Positions 26,841 to 40,733 of a DNA stretch of 64,000 nucleotides are shown piece by piece. Source of the stretch: Octopus vulgaris (Eukaryota); NCBI GenBank assembly GCA_951406725.2, contig OX597817.1, forward strand, positions 33,976,001 to 34,040,000. The letters are read 5' to 3'. The notes under the pieces are model-generated. The model made no database searches, was not told the origin of the DNA, and saw nothing but the letters and a program-made list of their open reading frames with translations. A program made the translations under genes and the position numbers. How positions within the stretch are numbered: position 1 is the stretch's first letter; each line of letters opens with the position of its first letter.

Positions 26841-27018
26841 TTCGACAAGCATCCTGAAAGGTTGTTTTTTTCCCCTATAAAATGAACATATACATACATA
26901 CGTACGTATATGTATGTATGTACGTGTGTTATAAATATATAAATAAATGTAAATAAGTGCGTGTGAGTGTATTTACATATATATAAATACGTGTAAATAT
27001 ATATATATATATACATGC

Positions 27019-27063
<45 letters not shown>

Positions 27064-28574
27064 CACACAAACTCACGCATATATATATACATACATACAC
27101 TTATATATATGAACACACATCAGCATCATTTTACATCTCCTGTCGATGGCTGGCATGGGTCAGACTGGTCGTCATGATCTCAATTCTTATTTTTTTGTGT
27201 CTGCCCTTCTAGACCTATGCGTGTGTTATGTATCACGTTTTGCTCGAACGTTTTATTTTGGTATGCTTTCTACGCTTAATGTACTTTCTAACATCAACCA
27301 TTATACAAAGTGTGCTGGCGGTATTTTATCGTGGCGCCAACACAGGGTCTTTTCAATCTTAACGTTGTCTATGCTCGTTCGCTAGTCTCTTTAGAGAGTG
27401 ACCCCGGTACGCTTGCTTTATCAGTACTTATGGGGACTTTTGAGGTTGCCCTTTACTCTGCAAGACAAGATCTTCACCACTGAAAGAGGTTTCTGTTCGG
27501 GGTTACGTGACTCATAGATTTGGTAGGACAGATGGTGACAGCAGATGATAAATGATGATAGGAAGAGAGACTGATGCGAGAAGATGTTGGAGGAGACAAA
27601 GTGATGGTGTTACATTGTGTAAGTGGGGTACACAGGGATGTTATAGTGCTTGAAAGTATGATGAAGAGGAACAATAACGGCAGGGTGAAACGAGTGACTA
27701 ACTGCTGAGGGTAATGAGTGAGTGGACAAGTCAGTCGTAGAAATGAGTGACTAACTGCTGAGGGTAATGAAAGAATGGACAAGTCATAGTCGTAGGAATG
27801 GTTGGTAGTATGAATGTGATAGATTTCAATAGTTAGTGTGTAGCGAGGGGGAGTAGTGGATAGTAGTATAGAAGAGTAATGCTGCACTTGCTGTTTAGGT
27901 GGAACTCAAGTGATGAATAGTGAGACAGCAATGCTAAGAGAGTGATGGATGTCAATAAAGAAGCAACTTGAGTGGAATAAACATGAATGGTAGCTACATG
28001 TTTGCATGTAAGAGAGAGAGATTTGGGGCTGTCAGATATTGCTAGATCCAATGCAATCTTTCATTACTCAGGCATCATGATAAGAGAGATACTAAGGTCC
28101 CTACATCAAATAGACAGTTTGATAGATAGATAGACAGACAGACAGATGTGATAGAGATAGATGTGATAGATGTCAGTAAAGTATAACCAATCAGAGAGGG
28201 AATGGAAGTGACTGCCTAGAAAGGTAATTTTTTTATTGCTAAGAGAGTGTTGGATGTCAATAAAGGAGAGGCGGAAAAGATGGGAGTGCTGATCAGCCGT
28301 AAATAGGAGAGAAAGAATAGTTGTATTGGATATCAAAGGACTGATGCAATTCCTCATTACTTAAGCATCATGATTTGGGAAGAGAGAGAGAGCACTAGTG
28401 AAATACATGTGGTAGTGGAGGATATATTGAGCAGGGATACCTGGGAAGCGAGAGAGAGAGAGAAAGAGCAGATGGTGACTTGAGATATACAAAGGCCCAA
28501 ACGTAGATACAGATACTGTATACATCTCAGCCCTCACCACTACTACCTCTTACATTTTTACATGTTTTACCAAG

Positions 28575-28810
28575 CTTTCACAGATGATCAGGTCTTCTGA
28601 AGCACTGCATATTACTATTCGACATGGTCCTTTGTCATCTTCATGAGATGCAATGATGCAATATCTTGAGATCGGTCTTCACCACTTCATCTCATATCTT
28701 TGTCAGTCTCCCTCTTCTTCAGGCTTCATTAGCTTCCTTATGCAGTTGTTACTCTACATACTTATCTCATGACCATCCCAGCAGTCTTCTCTCTTGTGCA
28801 TTCTCTCTGA
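28575..28810 (-). mobile_element. Degenerate RTE C-terminal fragment
   Basis: Minus strand RRLTKI*DEVVKTDLKI; the purine-rich UTR extends leftward. Confidence 0.55.
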
Positions 28811-30529
28811 TTCCTTTGATACACAATTTTTCTCTTGGATCAATTGTATTCTGTCATTCATACCCACACATCCAGTGAATCATACCTGCTTAATTTCTTT
28901 CTAACCTTCGCAAATCCTCTGCATTTAAGGCTTACATCTCACTACTAAACGGCACTGCAGTTCACACACAACCATCATACTGTTCCTGTGTGAACTGTGA
29001 TGTTGCATAACAAGCAGGCTTTAGCAATAATTCACTAAAGACCTTTTCAAAGCTTCCTGACAAGGGTAAAATATCATCTATATTTTTCATCTATTTTCAT
29101 GCAGGCATATGTTGGATGAGTCGTTGCTCTTCTGACTGGTTGGAGGACCACATCTCATTTGTAAGATTCATTTTTGGATTGGTTTCCACAGCTTGATATC
29201 CATTCTGATTTCAAGCACTTTACAGAGTGGCACCAGCACTAGAAAATCTTTTCATATATTTGTCAAGAGTAGAAGGGCTGTTTGACGTATTCTTAGCTGT
29301 GTATTCTGGGTGTACTTTATCTTGGCCCCAGCACTAGAGAAAATAGGGGTGAGAGAGAGATGCATAACATAAATGTTGATAGGGAATAGTGGCAAATAGA
29401 TAGGTTGGGGTATGTAAAGAGAAATGGTAGAATGTTGGGGTACATGTGGAGCTGGTGAGATCCTTTGTGTATATGCCTTGTTGTTAGGCAAGGGAGCTAG
29501 GGTGATGAGAAAGAGAGAGATTGGGTGTTGGAGAAAGAGACAGATATATCCTGTGACCTCCCAAGTTACACGGGAAGTCATATATGGTGAACAGAAGAGA
29601 CTCATTGTCATTGTTAGTTGCATTGACAGCATAATAGAGTGGAAGTAAAAGAAAGAAAAGGAGTGATTGCGAGATGAGTCATAGAGGCAAGAGTGTTAGA
29701 AGCATAAATGACTAACGGATGATAAAGGAATGAGTGATAGTGGCCTCCCTTGTTTCCCTATTACATATCCCTCCATCACTCTTCTATCTCCTGTGTCTAC
29801 ACTTTTGGCTTCTTTGATCGTCTTTCATCTCTCTGTCACAACTATTGCTTACCTCTCCATCACCCCCCCCCTCTTATCATACACTTCATTAATCTTTTTT
29901 CTGTCACCTATTCCACAGTCACCCATACCTCATTGTCTATGTTTTTCTCATCTGTGCCTTTATCACTCATGCTATTTTTATATCTTCTCAATCTTTCCCG
30001 CTTCTTTTCCTTGCATTGTATTAGGCTATTGTTCTGCTACATTAATTAATGAAATCAAAACCCATTACTAAATATTATCACATATTCTATACTACCAATC
30101 ATTACTCCCTCTTCCCTAAGTCACTTCCTGTTAATATCCATTCCTTATTCTTACAATCAATCGGACTATCCCTTTTCACTGTTGTCTACTTTTACTCTTA
30201 TTTCCTTCTGACCACTTGCACTCTTGGACTGAGAGTGTATCTATGCCTGCTTACAACATTGGTCCTTTAAACAATCAACTAATGCATAGTACTTATTGCT
30301 AAGTTATAGTTGCTTGTGAGTGACAACTATGCTATTTATATATATAAAATCAAAAAATGTTTCATTTGAATATTGATTGGATCAATGATTGTATCAACCA
30401 TTTCAAGTTCATATTTACACTCTGCTTAGGGGTACAATAGTATTGAAACTAGTTGTTAGTTGTCTTTTATGCAAATTTTAAAATTACCAATATATATGTA
30501 TGTATGTATATATATATATACATATATAT

Positions 30530-30658
30530 ACCGGAGTAAGCACATAAATGTGAAACAAGGTCGAAAACAGTACTCAAATACTAGGGGTAGAGTAATATGC
30601 TTTGTTTAAAAGCAGCAGAAATTCAACAAAAGCTGTTACTCAGAGTTTCACGTTCCCG

Positions 30659-30662
<4 letters not shown>
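30530..30662. mobile_element. Penelope-derived fragment (family G) within TA runs
   Basis: Homologous to 60284-60420; carries a half hammerhead on the minus strand. Confidence 0.6.
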
Positions 30663-30722
<60 letters not shown>

Positions 30723-30724
30723 TA

Positions 30725-30957
30725 AAGGGTTGGCCAAAAGTCACCTGACAGTATATCAAAAACATTTAATTCCAAGATTTATTTATGTTTAACAACTGAA
30801 TGAATTTAATAAAAGCATCTAAATATGAAACATCATGAAAATAGTTCAAACTGAAGTCCTTCTTGACTGACACATTTTTCCATTCATGTCAATAGAGAAT
30901 TACATATAATATTTATGGAATTTTGATTTACTGTTGGGTGACTTTTGGCCAACCCTG
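30725..30957. mobile_element. Tc1/mariner-type MITE
   Basis: ~29-bp TIRs AGGGTTGGCCAAAAGTCACC...GGTGACTTTTGGCCAACCCTG with TA flanks. Confidence 0.85.
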
Positions 30958-30970
30958 TATATATATACTT

Positions 30971-31672
30971 TCATCCTCAGCATTGTCGTTTAACATTCAC
31001 TCTTCATGCTGGCATGGACTGGATGGTTTGACTGAGGGCTGGCAAGCCAGAAGGCTGCACTAGGCTTCAATCTGATCTGGCAAAGTTCTTATAGCTGGAT
31101 GCCCTTCCTAATGCCAACCACTCCGCAAGTGTAGTAGGTGCTTTTTATGTGCCACCGGCGCAAGGGCCAGTCAGGCGGTACTGGCATCAACCATGCTTGA
31201 ATGGTACTTTTTATGTGCCACTGGCATGGGAACCAGTCAGGTGGCATTGGCATGATCACGCTTGAATTGTGCATTTCATGTGCCAATCAGGCGGTAATGT
31301 CATCGGCTACGACAATGACTTTACTTGACTCAACAGGTCTTTGCAAGCACAGTTTATTACCCAATGATTGAAGGGTACTCTTAAATGGACCAGTTGTGCT
31401 GCGCTGGCATAGGCCATGGTTATGGTCTCACTTGGCTTGCTGCGTCTTCTCAAGCACAGCATATCTCCAAAGATCTTGGTCACTTGTCATCGCCTCTGTG
31501 AGGCCCAATGTTCGAAGGTCATGCTTCACCACCTCATCCCAGGTCTTCCACAGGTTCCCTCTACTGCTAGGGTGTGATTCTTTTTCGCTGTCCTCATCCA
31601 TATGCAACACATGACCATACCAGCACAGTCATCTCTCTTGCACACCACATCTGATGCTTCTTATGTTCAAAT
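30971..31672 (-). mobile_element. RTE LINE 3' end: ORF C-terminus plus family A 3' UTR
   Basis: WYGHVLHMDED...RGNLWKTWDEVVKHDLRTLGLTEAMTSDQDLWRYAVLEKT* runs directly into family A subrepeats and tail. Confidence 0.85.
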
Positions 31673-32480
31673 GACAACACAACATATCTTCTTTGAGCTA
31701 CAGTGTGTGTGTGTGTGCGCGTGCATGTGAACGAAGTGTGTATGAATAAGTTATGACTTACAACTGCTTTGAATGAGAACCTGGCTACATAGCAACTACA
31801 CAATAGAATACTCTGTAATAGAATGAATTTCCCTTCTGACATGATAATTCTAAAGAGTTTACTATGATTGTATTTAAATATCTTTTAAGTATTACTTTTG
31901 GCAAAAAGATTAATTTAATAATTTAATAGGATGTTCTTAGAATATAAATACAATTTTTTTCCTTCTGATGCTAGGTTGATGACAATTATGACAAAAGTTA
32001 TTAAATTACTACCTACAATAATATATTTTCAATGACTGTAATTAGTGAGCTCTTGTTTACTTAATGGTTTAAACAGAAAATTCCTACAAAATTTCAAATA
32101 TGTTTGAACATATAATTACAATACACTTAGTTGTTTTTCTAATAAATTTTACCATTTTTAAAAATTTCATAATGGAGGAATTCATATGTTCACAGGATTT
32201 CATTTATTTAAGCAAATATTAATTTCGATAGTTATTAAAAATGTATGTAATATTAATATATCCTGAATTATGAATGTATGAATCTGTAACATCGGAATAT
32301 TTTGTAAATGTAGAAAACATGATGCAAAGAACACTGATAAGAATCTGCTAGCATGTATGTCATCTTTAGACATGTTTACACTTTTTTGTATTATTTTGTA
32401 GCTATTTTTAAAATATTTTTTAATATAGCTGTAACTCTTAATAGCATTCAGTAATTATTGGAGATATGTATGCATATATA

Positions 32481-32711
32481 TATTTCTTTACTATCCACAA
32501 GGGGCTAAACACAGAGGGGACAAACAAGGACAGACAAAGGGATTAAGTCGACTACATCGACACCAGTGCATAACTGGTACTTAATTTATCGACCCCGAAA
32601 GGATGAAAGGCAAAGTCGACCTCGGTGGAATTTGAACTCGGAACGTAACGACAGACGAATTACGGCTACCAATTTCGCCCAGCGTGCTAATGTTTCTACC
32701 AGCTCGCCGCC
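32481..32711 (-). mobile_element. Family C SINE, full length
   Basis: Homology to 40734-40964; flanking repeat TATGTATGCATATATA. Confidence 0.9.
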
Positions 32712-32732
32712 TTTTATGTATGCATATATATA

Positions 32733-33132
32733 TTCTCGTTTACTCTTTTATTCCTTTACTTGTTTCATTCATTAAACTGTGGCCATGCTGGGGCACCAGC
32801 TTAAAGAATTTTAGTCAAACAAATCAACCCCATTATTCATTTTTTAAGCCTGGTATTTGTTCTGTCAGTCTCTTTTGCCAAACTGTTAAGTGACAGGGAT
32901 ATAAACACACCAACACCAGTTGTCAAGCAGTGGTGGGGGTCTCAAAGAAACACACACACACACACACACATATATGATGGGCTTCTTTCAGTTTCCATCA
33001 ACCAGATCCACTCACAAGAATTTGGTCAGCCTGAGGCTATAGTAGAAGACACTTGCCCAAGGTGCCATGCAGTGGGACTGAACCTGGAACCTTGAGGTTG
33101 CGAAGCAAACTTCTTACCAAACAGCCATACCT
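32733..33132 (-). mobile_element. Family B SINE, older copy
   Basis: Homology to other B copies with CpG decay. Confidence 0.8.
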
Positions 33133-33752
33133 ATCATTAATGATTTTAAATATTAAGTCCTTTATTAGAATGAATAAGATTGATCAAATTGTGACAATCC
33201 GTATTTGGTGTTTAATATCAAAAATTATAATCTACACAAGTTTTAAATGTACAAAGCAAATGTTTGTTTTATAAATTTACAAATTACTTTTAGTATTAAC
33301 ATGCTTATGGTATTGCACTATAAAAATAACCAGGCAAAGTTATCCATCTTTATAATTCTATAAATCAATTGGACATTAAACGATGATAGTGGCAGTGGTG
33401 GTGATGGCGATGATGACAACAACAACAATTCTAACCAATCTGAGTGATTTAATTATTTTTTTGCAGCAGAATGTTTAAAGCATCAAACAAGATACCTTGT
33501 GGTAGTTCTTCTGGCACTTTACATTCTAAGTTTATATCCTGCCAAGAATAATTTTGGTTTCATTCATTTAGGGTTGATAAAATAAAGTGCCATTATAGTA
33601 CTGTAATTAACTAACCACTTCACTCAAAATAACTGACCTTGTACCTAAAATAGAAACAATTGTAATTTAAATATGTCCTTTATATAACTCACGTTATATA
33701 TTCTTTATGAAGTGATATTTAGTAATATCATTTTCTTTCTCTCTCTCTCTCT

Positions 33753-33810
<58 letters not shown>

Positions 33811-33814
<4 letters not shown>

Positions 33815-34290
33815 TCATCGTCGTTTAACGTCTGCTCTCCATGCTAGCATGGGTTGGATGATTCGACTGAGGACTAGCGAACCAGATGGCTGCACCGGCT
33901 CCAATCTGATCTGGCAGAGTTTCTACAGCTGGATGCCCTTCCTAATGCCAGCTGCTCCAAGAGTGTAGTGGGTGCTTTTACATGCCACCGGCATGAGGGC
34001 CAGTCAGGCGGTACTGGCAACAGCCATGCTCAAAATGGTGTTTTTTATGTGCCACCTGCACAGGAGCCAGTCCAGCGGCACTGGCAACAACCTTGCTTGA
34101 ATGTTTTTCACATGCCACCAGCACAAGTGCCAGTAAGGCAACACTGGTAACGATCACACTCGAATGGTGCTTTTTATGTGTCACCAGCATGGAAGCCAGT
34201 TCGTTGCTCTGGCAACGATCTTGCTCGGATGATGCTCTTAGCACTCCACTAGAATGGATGCCAGTCATCAAATTTGATTTCGATTTCGAT
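33811..34290 (-). mobile_element. Family A RTE 3' UTR
   Basis: Reverse complement of 421-931. Confidence 0.8.
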
Positions 34291-34304
34291 TATATATATA
34301 TTTA

Positions 34305-34889
34305 TGAATCAAAGGGCCTTAGAATTGAAGGGCCTTAGAGTCAATCTAATAAAAACTAAAGTCTTAATAAGTAGGAAGGTAGACAAATCACAAATCTCTT
34401 CAGGTACATGACCCTGCTTGATCTATAGAAAAGGCGTAGGTAGAAACTCTATAAGGTGTACTCAGTATAAGCTATGGACACATAAGAGGTGCAGCAATAT
34501 CAAAGGAAGGCTAACTGGAAAGATAGTTTTTGTGTGTGGCAAATGCTCGGGCAATAAACACTGAAAATGTGCCGAAAACAGCTTCTGTCACATGCCAGGG
34601 GGAAAATACTAGTAGTTGATAGCTTCCATTACCTAGGTGACCAAGTCAGTAGTAGGCGGGGTGGATGCTCCGAAAGTGTAGCTGCTAGAATAAGAATAGC
34701 CTGGGTAAAGTTCAGAGAGCTCCTACTGCTACTGGTGAGAAAGGGCCTCTCGCTCAGGGTAAAAAGTAGACTGTATGATGCAAACAGCCATACTACATAG
34801 CAGTGAAACATGGGCGTGACTGCTGAGGACATGCTTAAGCTTATAAGGAATGAAGCTAGTATGCTCTGCTGGATGTGTAATGTCAGTGT
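34305..34889 (+). mobile_element. RTE reverse-transcriptase remnant with Cys-rich insertion
   Basis: KGLRVNLIKTKVL...PCLIYRKGVGRNSIRCTQYKLWTHKRCS...VVDSFHYLGD...AARIRIAWVKFRELL...SETW; stops and frameshifts. Confidence 0.85.
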
Positions 34890-35272
34890 GCGCACAATGG
34901 CCCAGTGGTTAGGGCAGTGGACTTGCGGTCATAGGATCGCGGTTTCGATTCCCAGACCGGGCGTTGTGAGTGTTTATTGAGCGAAAACACCTAAAGCTCC
35001 ACGAGGCTCCGGCAGGGGGTGGAGGCGACTCCTATTGTACTCTTTCACCACAACTTTCTCTCACTCTTACTTCCTGTTTCTGTTGTACCTGTATTTTCAA
35101 AGGGCCGGCCTTGTCACTCTCTGTGTCACGCTGAATATCCCCGAGAACTATGTTAAGAGTACATGTGTCTGTGGAGTGCTCAGCCACTTTCACGTTAATT
35201 TCACGAGCAGGCTGTTCCGTTGATTCGGATCAACCGGAACTCTCGTCGTCGTAACTGACAGAGTGCTTCCAC
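34890..35272 (+). mobile_element. tRNA-derived SINE, family E
   Basis: TSD ATGTCAGTGT (34880-34889, 35273-35282); A box TGGCCCAGTGG, B box GTTTCGATTCCC. Confidence 0.9.
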
Positions 35273-35559
35273 ATGTCAGTGTAACTGACATATGAACTTC
35301 TAAGGCTGAAGTAAAATGCATTGTTATGGTTGCAGTTTAACCATGAAATACTGCTTATTGGGACAAGAGCAGATGCCTTTCTGTCATAGCTTGTTTAAAG
35401 CACCACATACCTATTATAGCTTGCTTAAGGCACTATCATAGCTTGCTATCATGAATTGCTTTAGGCTCTACAAGCATTCTTAAAAGTTGCAGGCTGCTTG
35501 GGATCATCAGTGGAGCCACTCATATCAGTTTACAACCATAATCTCAAAATGGCTGGAAT

Positions 35560-35900
35560 TTGGCTCACTTTAAGTTGTACTTGTTGGTGTTTGTCTTACT
35601 CAATCTTTCCATAGAATAACTGTCATGACATCCTGGACTCACTCATACAGAGTATGTAGTCTGTCCATCAAAGATCATTGAACCATCTCTTGGATGCATG
35701 TGGTTTTGGGCCTGCCCAGGTCTTCTGGAGAATTTACATGATAAGTCGTAGGGAATGGTTGTGAAGTTGCTCAAACCATTTGGTGCATCAGCAATACAAC
35801 ATCCAAGTCTCACAGCTGTACAAAAGTGCAAAGAATTCAACAACTCAACAGATTTTCAATTTAGTGGAGAAGTGAATGTTTTTGTGCTGTTGTACTTTGA
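35560..35900 (-). mobile_element. Old RTE (BovB-like) RT remnant
   Basis: Minus strand TKLKI...LLYSCETWMLY motif at ~35790-35870. Confidence 0.55.
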
Positions 35901-36562
35901 TGTAAAGCATTTCAAATCACTAATAATTCAAAACCTACTGTTTTAGAGAGTTATGTGTGGGGAATCAAAATCAATTAAAGCAACTTACTATATAATATTT
36001 ATCTTATAAATATTAATAATTATGTGTTAAATAAAACTCATTGTAGCAAGTCAGATGTAATTATCAATCCATTAATGTTCAGGGACATAGCAATGAGTGT
36101 TAATTGGGGAAAATACTATTAAGATAAACAGCACATTATTTTAAAAACATTAAGTATAGCCAATCTGATTATAATATTTCTGAAGGAAAAATGAAGTTCA
36201 GTTCTTTATGAATACTAACTGGTTATGTCTGTAGAAATAGTCTGGTTCATACTTTATGTATGTTGAGAGTTTATAACCAAAATTGTATTTACAGTAGTAC
36301 CATTAATACAAAATGTAATATGTATGCTTAAATTTTCAGAGATTTAAAGTTAGCTGTTTATTATCAGCCATTAGGTTATTATGGTTAATAATACAGGTAT
36401 AACCTACATATTTTATGTCTACATATAATGATTTTCTCCAAGTTCTTATTGATTAATAGAATTTCCATCACTTTAGCCTTATATAAGTCAGAGCTTTCTG
36501 TTACCTTATAAGACTTCCAGTAAATGCTATTTGAAGTTGTAATAATTATTGGTGTTTTTCAG

Positions 36563-36617
36563 CTTCTAGAAGTACCCAGAAAAGAATGTAACATTCTTTT
36601 TAGCAGAATTTCTGAAG
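36563..36617 (+). other. Candidate 55-nt exon
   Basis: gtttttcag|CTTC...GAAG|gtatgc; one open frame LLEVPRKECNILFSRISE, not recognised. Confidence 0.3.
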
Positions 36618-37111
36618 GTATGCCTGTGGTTGTAGTTTCTGAGTTTAAAATTAATGGTGGCTAAGTCAATATTTGTCATTGTATCAGTCCGTAGATATTT
36701 ATAGACAGTTTCTTTAATTTAGTAATTAGAGTTAAGAGGACAGGTATTAGAGTTCATATAAATATAACTATAAGACCTACTATTGTTTAGTTTAGCTAAA
36801 TTAGAAGCAGTATTCTGGGCTATGCATGTAGTAGAGGCAGATGGTTTCACAGTTTTTCTGATTTTATGGTATCTATCTCTTAGAGGAAAATGCTTACTAA
36901 ATAAAGAAAAAGTACCTTGAACTGTTTTTCTGTTCTCACTTATTATATTTTAAGTTGAAATGTATGATATTTTATCCTTAAACCTGTTTCTATGTAAAGT
37001 TTCATTATTAACCATTAAAAATTTGTTCATTCACTGATATGCTACAAATTTTCAGATTTTCTTTACTATGTTATTAGTTATGAATTTAATAAAAAGAAAA
37101 AACCCAGTAAA

Positions 37112-37355
37112 ATTCCTTTCCGAGTCTTATAGACTCATAGGGCCAGTTTCCCTGTTTCCATGCTGTATATATTACCCACCTAGACAGGACACCGATCTCT
37201 CACAACATTTCTCATTTTTGCCAGCTGAGTGGACTGAAGCAACTTGAAGTGAAGTGCTTTGCTCAAGAACACAATGCCTCACCAGTCCAGGAATCAAAAC
37301 CACAATCTTACAGTCATGAGTCCAACACCCTAACCATTAAGCCACGTGCTTCCAC
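37112..37355 (-). mobile_element. tRNA-derived SINE related to family D (different 3' half)
   Basis: Shares head and TTGAGCAAAGCAC core; homologous to 53522-53775. Confidence 0.8.
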
Positions 37356-37651
37356 TATGAATCTAGAGTAGCCACAAAATTCATTAATATTATTTTAAAA
37401 TGCATCGGGTTTTCTTTATGGGTAGAAGCCATAAATCAAATTCAAAGTTATATCTAAAAAACTAACACTACTAATGACCTAATGTTAGCTTCTAAGGATA
37501 TATTGAAGCTTCTACTACTACTAGAGCTCTTTTGTACCCATGGTACTAGGAGTTACTAATTCTATCCTAAAGACTAGAAGCTTTTAAGTTTATGAAATAA
37601 AGTCCAGTCAAATCTCTGACCCCATCTGAATCATTTTCTCCCATGCTTACA

Positions 37652-37800
37652 TCTTACTATAATAGGTATTGTCCGTCTGTCTGTCTGTTCCCTCTTCACG
37701 GTCAAATGACTGGACCAATGGTCACAGTAGTTTTCAGGATTATGAAGGAGGTAACCAGGAAGATTTTTAGTGAAAAAATTGTGAAAAATGATGATTATTT
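37652..37800 (+). mobile_element. Helitron/DINE-like 5' fragment
   Basis: TCTTACTATAATA followed by (GTCT)n and CACGGTCAAATGACTGGACC. Confidence 0.45.
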
Positions 37801-38150
37801 TAGTGGATATTGAGTTTTGTATTGATAATTTACCTTTGACTTTTTTGTTAAAATTCTGGCGATGAGTGTAAAAATTAAAACCTGGATTGGTTTTTAGGTT
37901 TTATAAAGTAAATATTTTTGATATATTTCTTTATGTCAGGAATGAGTCCTAGTTGCAATACCTTTATGGTATATTTTCAACAAAAGTTAACTAATCAAAG
38001 TTATTCCCCTTCTCTATGATTCTGTAATTTTAATCAGTACAAATAGTTTAATAATTGTATGTGTTGATGACTTTATTGAATAGTGGTTGTCAAAAGTTAC
38101 TCATTTAATTTAGATCCTTGTCTGTCATTCTCTGTAAACGTATATATAAT

Positions 38151-38439
38151 CAGTGGTTCCAAACCATTTTTTATCTATGGATCCCTTTGATTACTATTTT
38201 ATTCTGGTGGACCCCTATAGTTTAATAGATGATACCTTCAGAATTCCTATTTTGTTTATCATGCATTCACATGAGACAGAAACCTAGCTGTTTCGTGCAA
38301 TATATGCATCTAAATCAAAATTTTTACATAGACCCTTAAAATACTACTGTGGACCCAGTTTACTATTTTGCCTGTGTGGACCCCTAAAATTCTTATATGG
38401 ACCCCAAGGGGCCAAAAGGGCCCAGGTTGAGAACCATTT
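38151..38439. mobile_element. hAT MITE
   Basis: CAGTGGTTCCAAACC ... GGTTGAGAACCATT termini. Confidence 0.7.
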
Positions 38440-38494
38440 ATATATAATGTGCGTGTATGTATGTGTGTGCGTGTGTATATAAATATATATATAT

Positions 38495-38702
38495 AAAGTT
38501 AATCCAAACAAGAAAGCACAAAAAAACACAACAACGCGAGGACGTGGAACAAATATAGTATTATTGGATGCTCAGGAAAGAAGGAAAGTTTAACGTTTCG
38601 AGCGGAGCTCTTTGTCAGAAACATAGGAGAAGGAAAGATCCAGAGAAGGGAAGACAGAGGAAAAAAAATCGCCAACAGTACACACGAGGTCACATTTTGA
38701 AA
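38495..38702 (-). mobile_element. Penelope-derived fragment with a decayed hammerhead (38588-38622)
   Basis: Minus strand GUUU-CUGACAA-A-GAGC(ucc)GCUC-GAAAC-GUU-AAAC; related half copy at ~9326-9440. Confidence 0.65.
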
Positions 38703-39108
38703 TATATACATGTATACATGTGTGTGTGTCTGTCATCATCATTGAACATCTGTCTTCCATGCTGGCATGGGTTAGGTATTTCTACAGGGTCTGATGAGTT
38801 GAGCCCCAATGTCTGCTTTGGCCTGGTTTTTATAGCTGAATGTCCTCTTCCTAATACCAAACCACTTTCCTATGGTACTGGCTCTAGCATAGTCACCAAA
38901 TATTTTACAAGACAAGACCTGTCAACGAGTGGGTATACAGTATTGAGGGAAATAGCTTTGTACTAAAGTATGAGAGAGGGAACAGTCGTCTTATAGAAGA
39001 GATGCATGTTTACTCCAGCTGGAAAGAGAGAAATGATAGTGATGATGAGGTTTTATGGCATACCTTCAAGGTATAAGAAAGTGGATATAAGAGAAAATAG
39101 GTCTAGTG

Positions 39109-39309
39109 CTGTGGTTTTCAACCAGGGTTCCGCCAGTACAGTCCAGGGATTCTGCCAGAAGTTACAAAACTGCTAAAATCGGCAGTAATTTTTAATTCTC
39201 CTGTGCAGATATGTGTGCATAAGACCATTAAATTATTGCACAGGGGTTCCTCGAGCCAGTGGAATGTTTCCTTGGGGTTCCACTCCAGCAAAAAGTTTGA
39301 AAAGCACTG
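39109..39309. mobile_element. hAT-Charlie-type MITE
   Basis: 8-bp TSD GTCTAGTG (39101-39108, 39310-39317) and TIRs. Confidence 0.85.
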
Positions 39310-39654
39310 GTCTAGTGGATCGAGGATGAAAAGGTTCATGAGACAGTGAGAAGAGAGTGACTGATGGTTAGAGATTGGAAGAGAGGTGAATGCTTTGAAT
39401 GCTGAATGTGGTCAATGGTGAATCTCAGTTTTAGATGGGGAAAGTAACGGAATGTAGAAGTGGTGTGTGTGTGTGTGTGTGAAAAGTGCAAGCATAGCTG
39501 TGTGGTAGGAAGTTTGTTTCCCAACCACAATGGTTCTAGGTTCAGTCCCTCTGTGTGTCATTTTTCGCAAGTAACTTCTACAATGGTCCCAGCCCAAACT
39601 AAATCTTGGGAGTGGATTTGGTAGATGGAAACTGAAAGAAGCCTGCCGTTTATT

Positions 39655-40070
39655 TATTTTTTTATTGCCCACAGGGGGCTAAACATAGAGGGGAAAAACA
39701 AGGACAGACAAAGGGATTAAGTTGATTACATCGACCCCAGTGTGTAACTGGTACTTATTTAATCGACCCCGAAAGGATGAAAGGCAAAGTCGACCTCGGT
39801 GGATTTTGAACTCAGAACGTAGCGGCAGATGAAATACCTATTTCTTTACTGCCCACAAGGGGCTACACACAGAGGGGACAAACAAGGACAGACAAACGGA
39901 TTAAGTCGATTATATCGACCCCAGTGCATAACTGGTACTTATTTAATCGACCCCGAAAGGATGAAAAGCAAAGTCGACTTCGGCAGAATTTGAACTCAGA
40001 ATGTAACGGCAGACGAAATACCGCTAAGCATTTCGCCCAGCGCGCTAACGTTTCTACCAGCTCGCTGCCC
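39655..40070 (-). mobile_element. Family C SINE tandem dimer inside a family B SINE
   Basis: Junction GAAATACC|TATTTC at ~39838; B head at ~39487-39648. Confidence 0.85.
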
Positions 40071-40121
40071 TCCTGCCATATATATTTGTGTGTGTGTGTG
40101 TGTGTGTGAATATATATATAT

Positions 40122-40167
40122 GGTAGTACCTTGGTTTTCGAACAACTCTGATCACAAATAAATTGTG

Positions 40168-40214
<47 letters not shown>

Positions 40215-40388
40215 GAGATATAGATATATATATATTGGGAGATATAGATATATATAAATCATAATTTGTTCTTAATCAGAGGCCTTCGTAAACCGAGGTA
40301 CTACTGTATTGAATGAATATGAGAAAGACAGGAGATAAAGTACAATTTAGTCATGATCAGAGTTGTTTGAAAGCTGAGCTTCTACTGT
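40122..40388. mobile_element. Tigger/pogo-like MITE(s)
   Basis: GTAGTACCTTGGTTTTCGAA ... TTCGTAAACCGAGGTACTACTGTA, plus a second right end at 40340-40388. Confidence 0.65.
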
Positions 40389-40733
40389 ATATCATATATC
40401 TATATATATGTGTGTGTGTACATACATATATGCGTACACGTATGCCTGTGAATGTTTGTGTCTCCTTGTCTTGACATTGTATGATAGTTGTAAACGAGTG
40501 TGTCTGACATTCCAGCAACGTCATTCATTTCCTATATTCTGCGAGAATATGTTTGTTATTACCTTGCTTGGAAACAGGTGAGGGTTGGCTTTAGGAAGGG
40601 CATTCAGCTGTGGAAAATCTGCCGGGGAAAATAAACACGGAAAAGTCGACGTTAAAATGATAATAGATGTAAAATATACGTGAAAATATGTGCAGGGATG
40701 TGTGTGTCTTTGTGTGTCTATAGTTTTAAAAGA

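Noticed and set aside
34890-34975. tRNA-like sequences with A and B boxes (also 18429, 40734, 61247)
   Set aside because: No complete cloverleaf; they continue into SINE bodies, most with TSDs.
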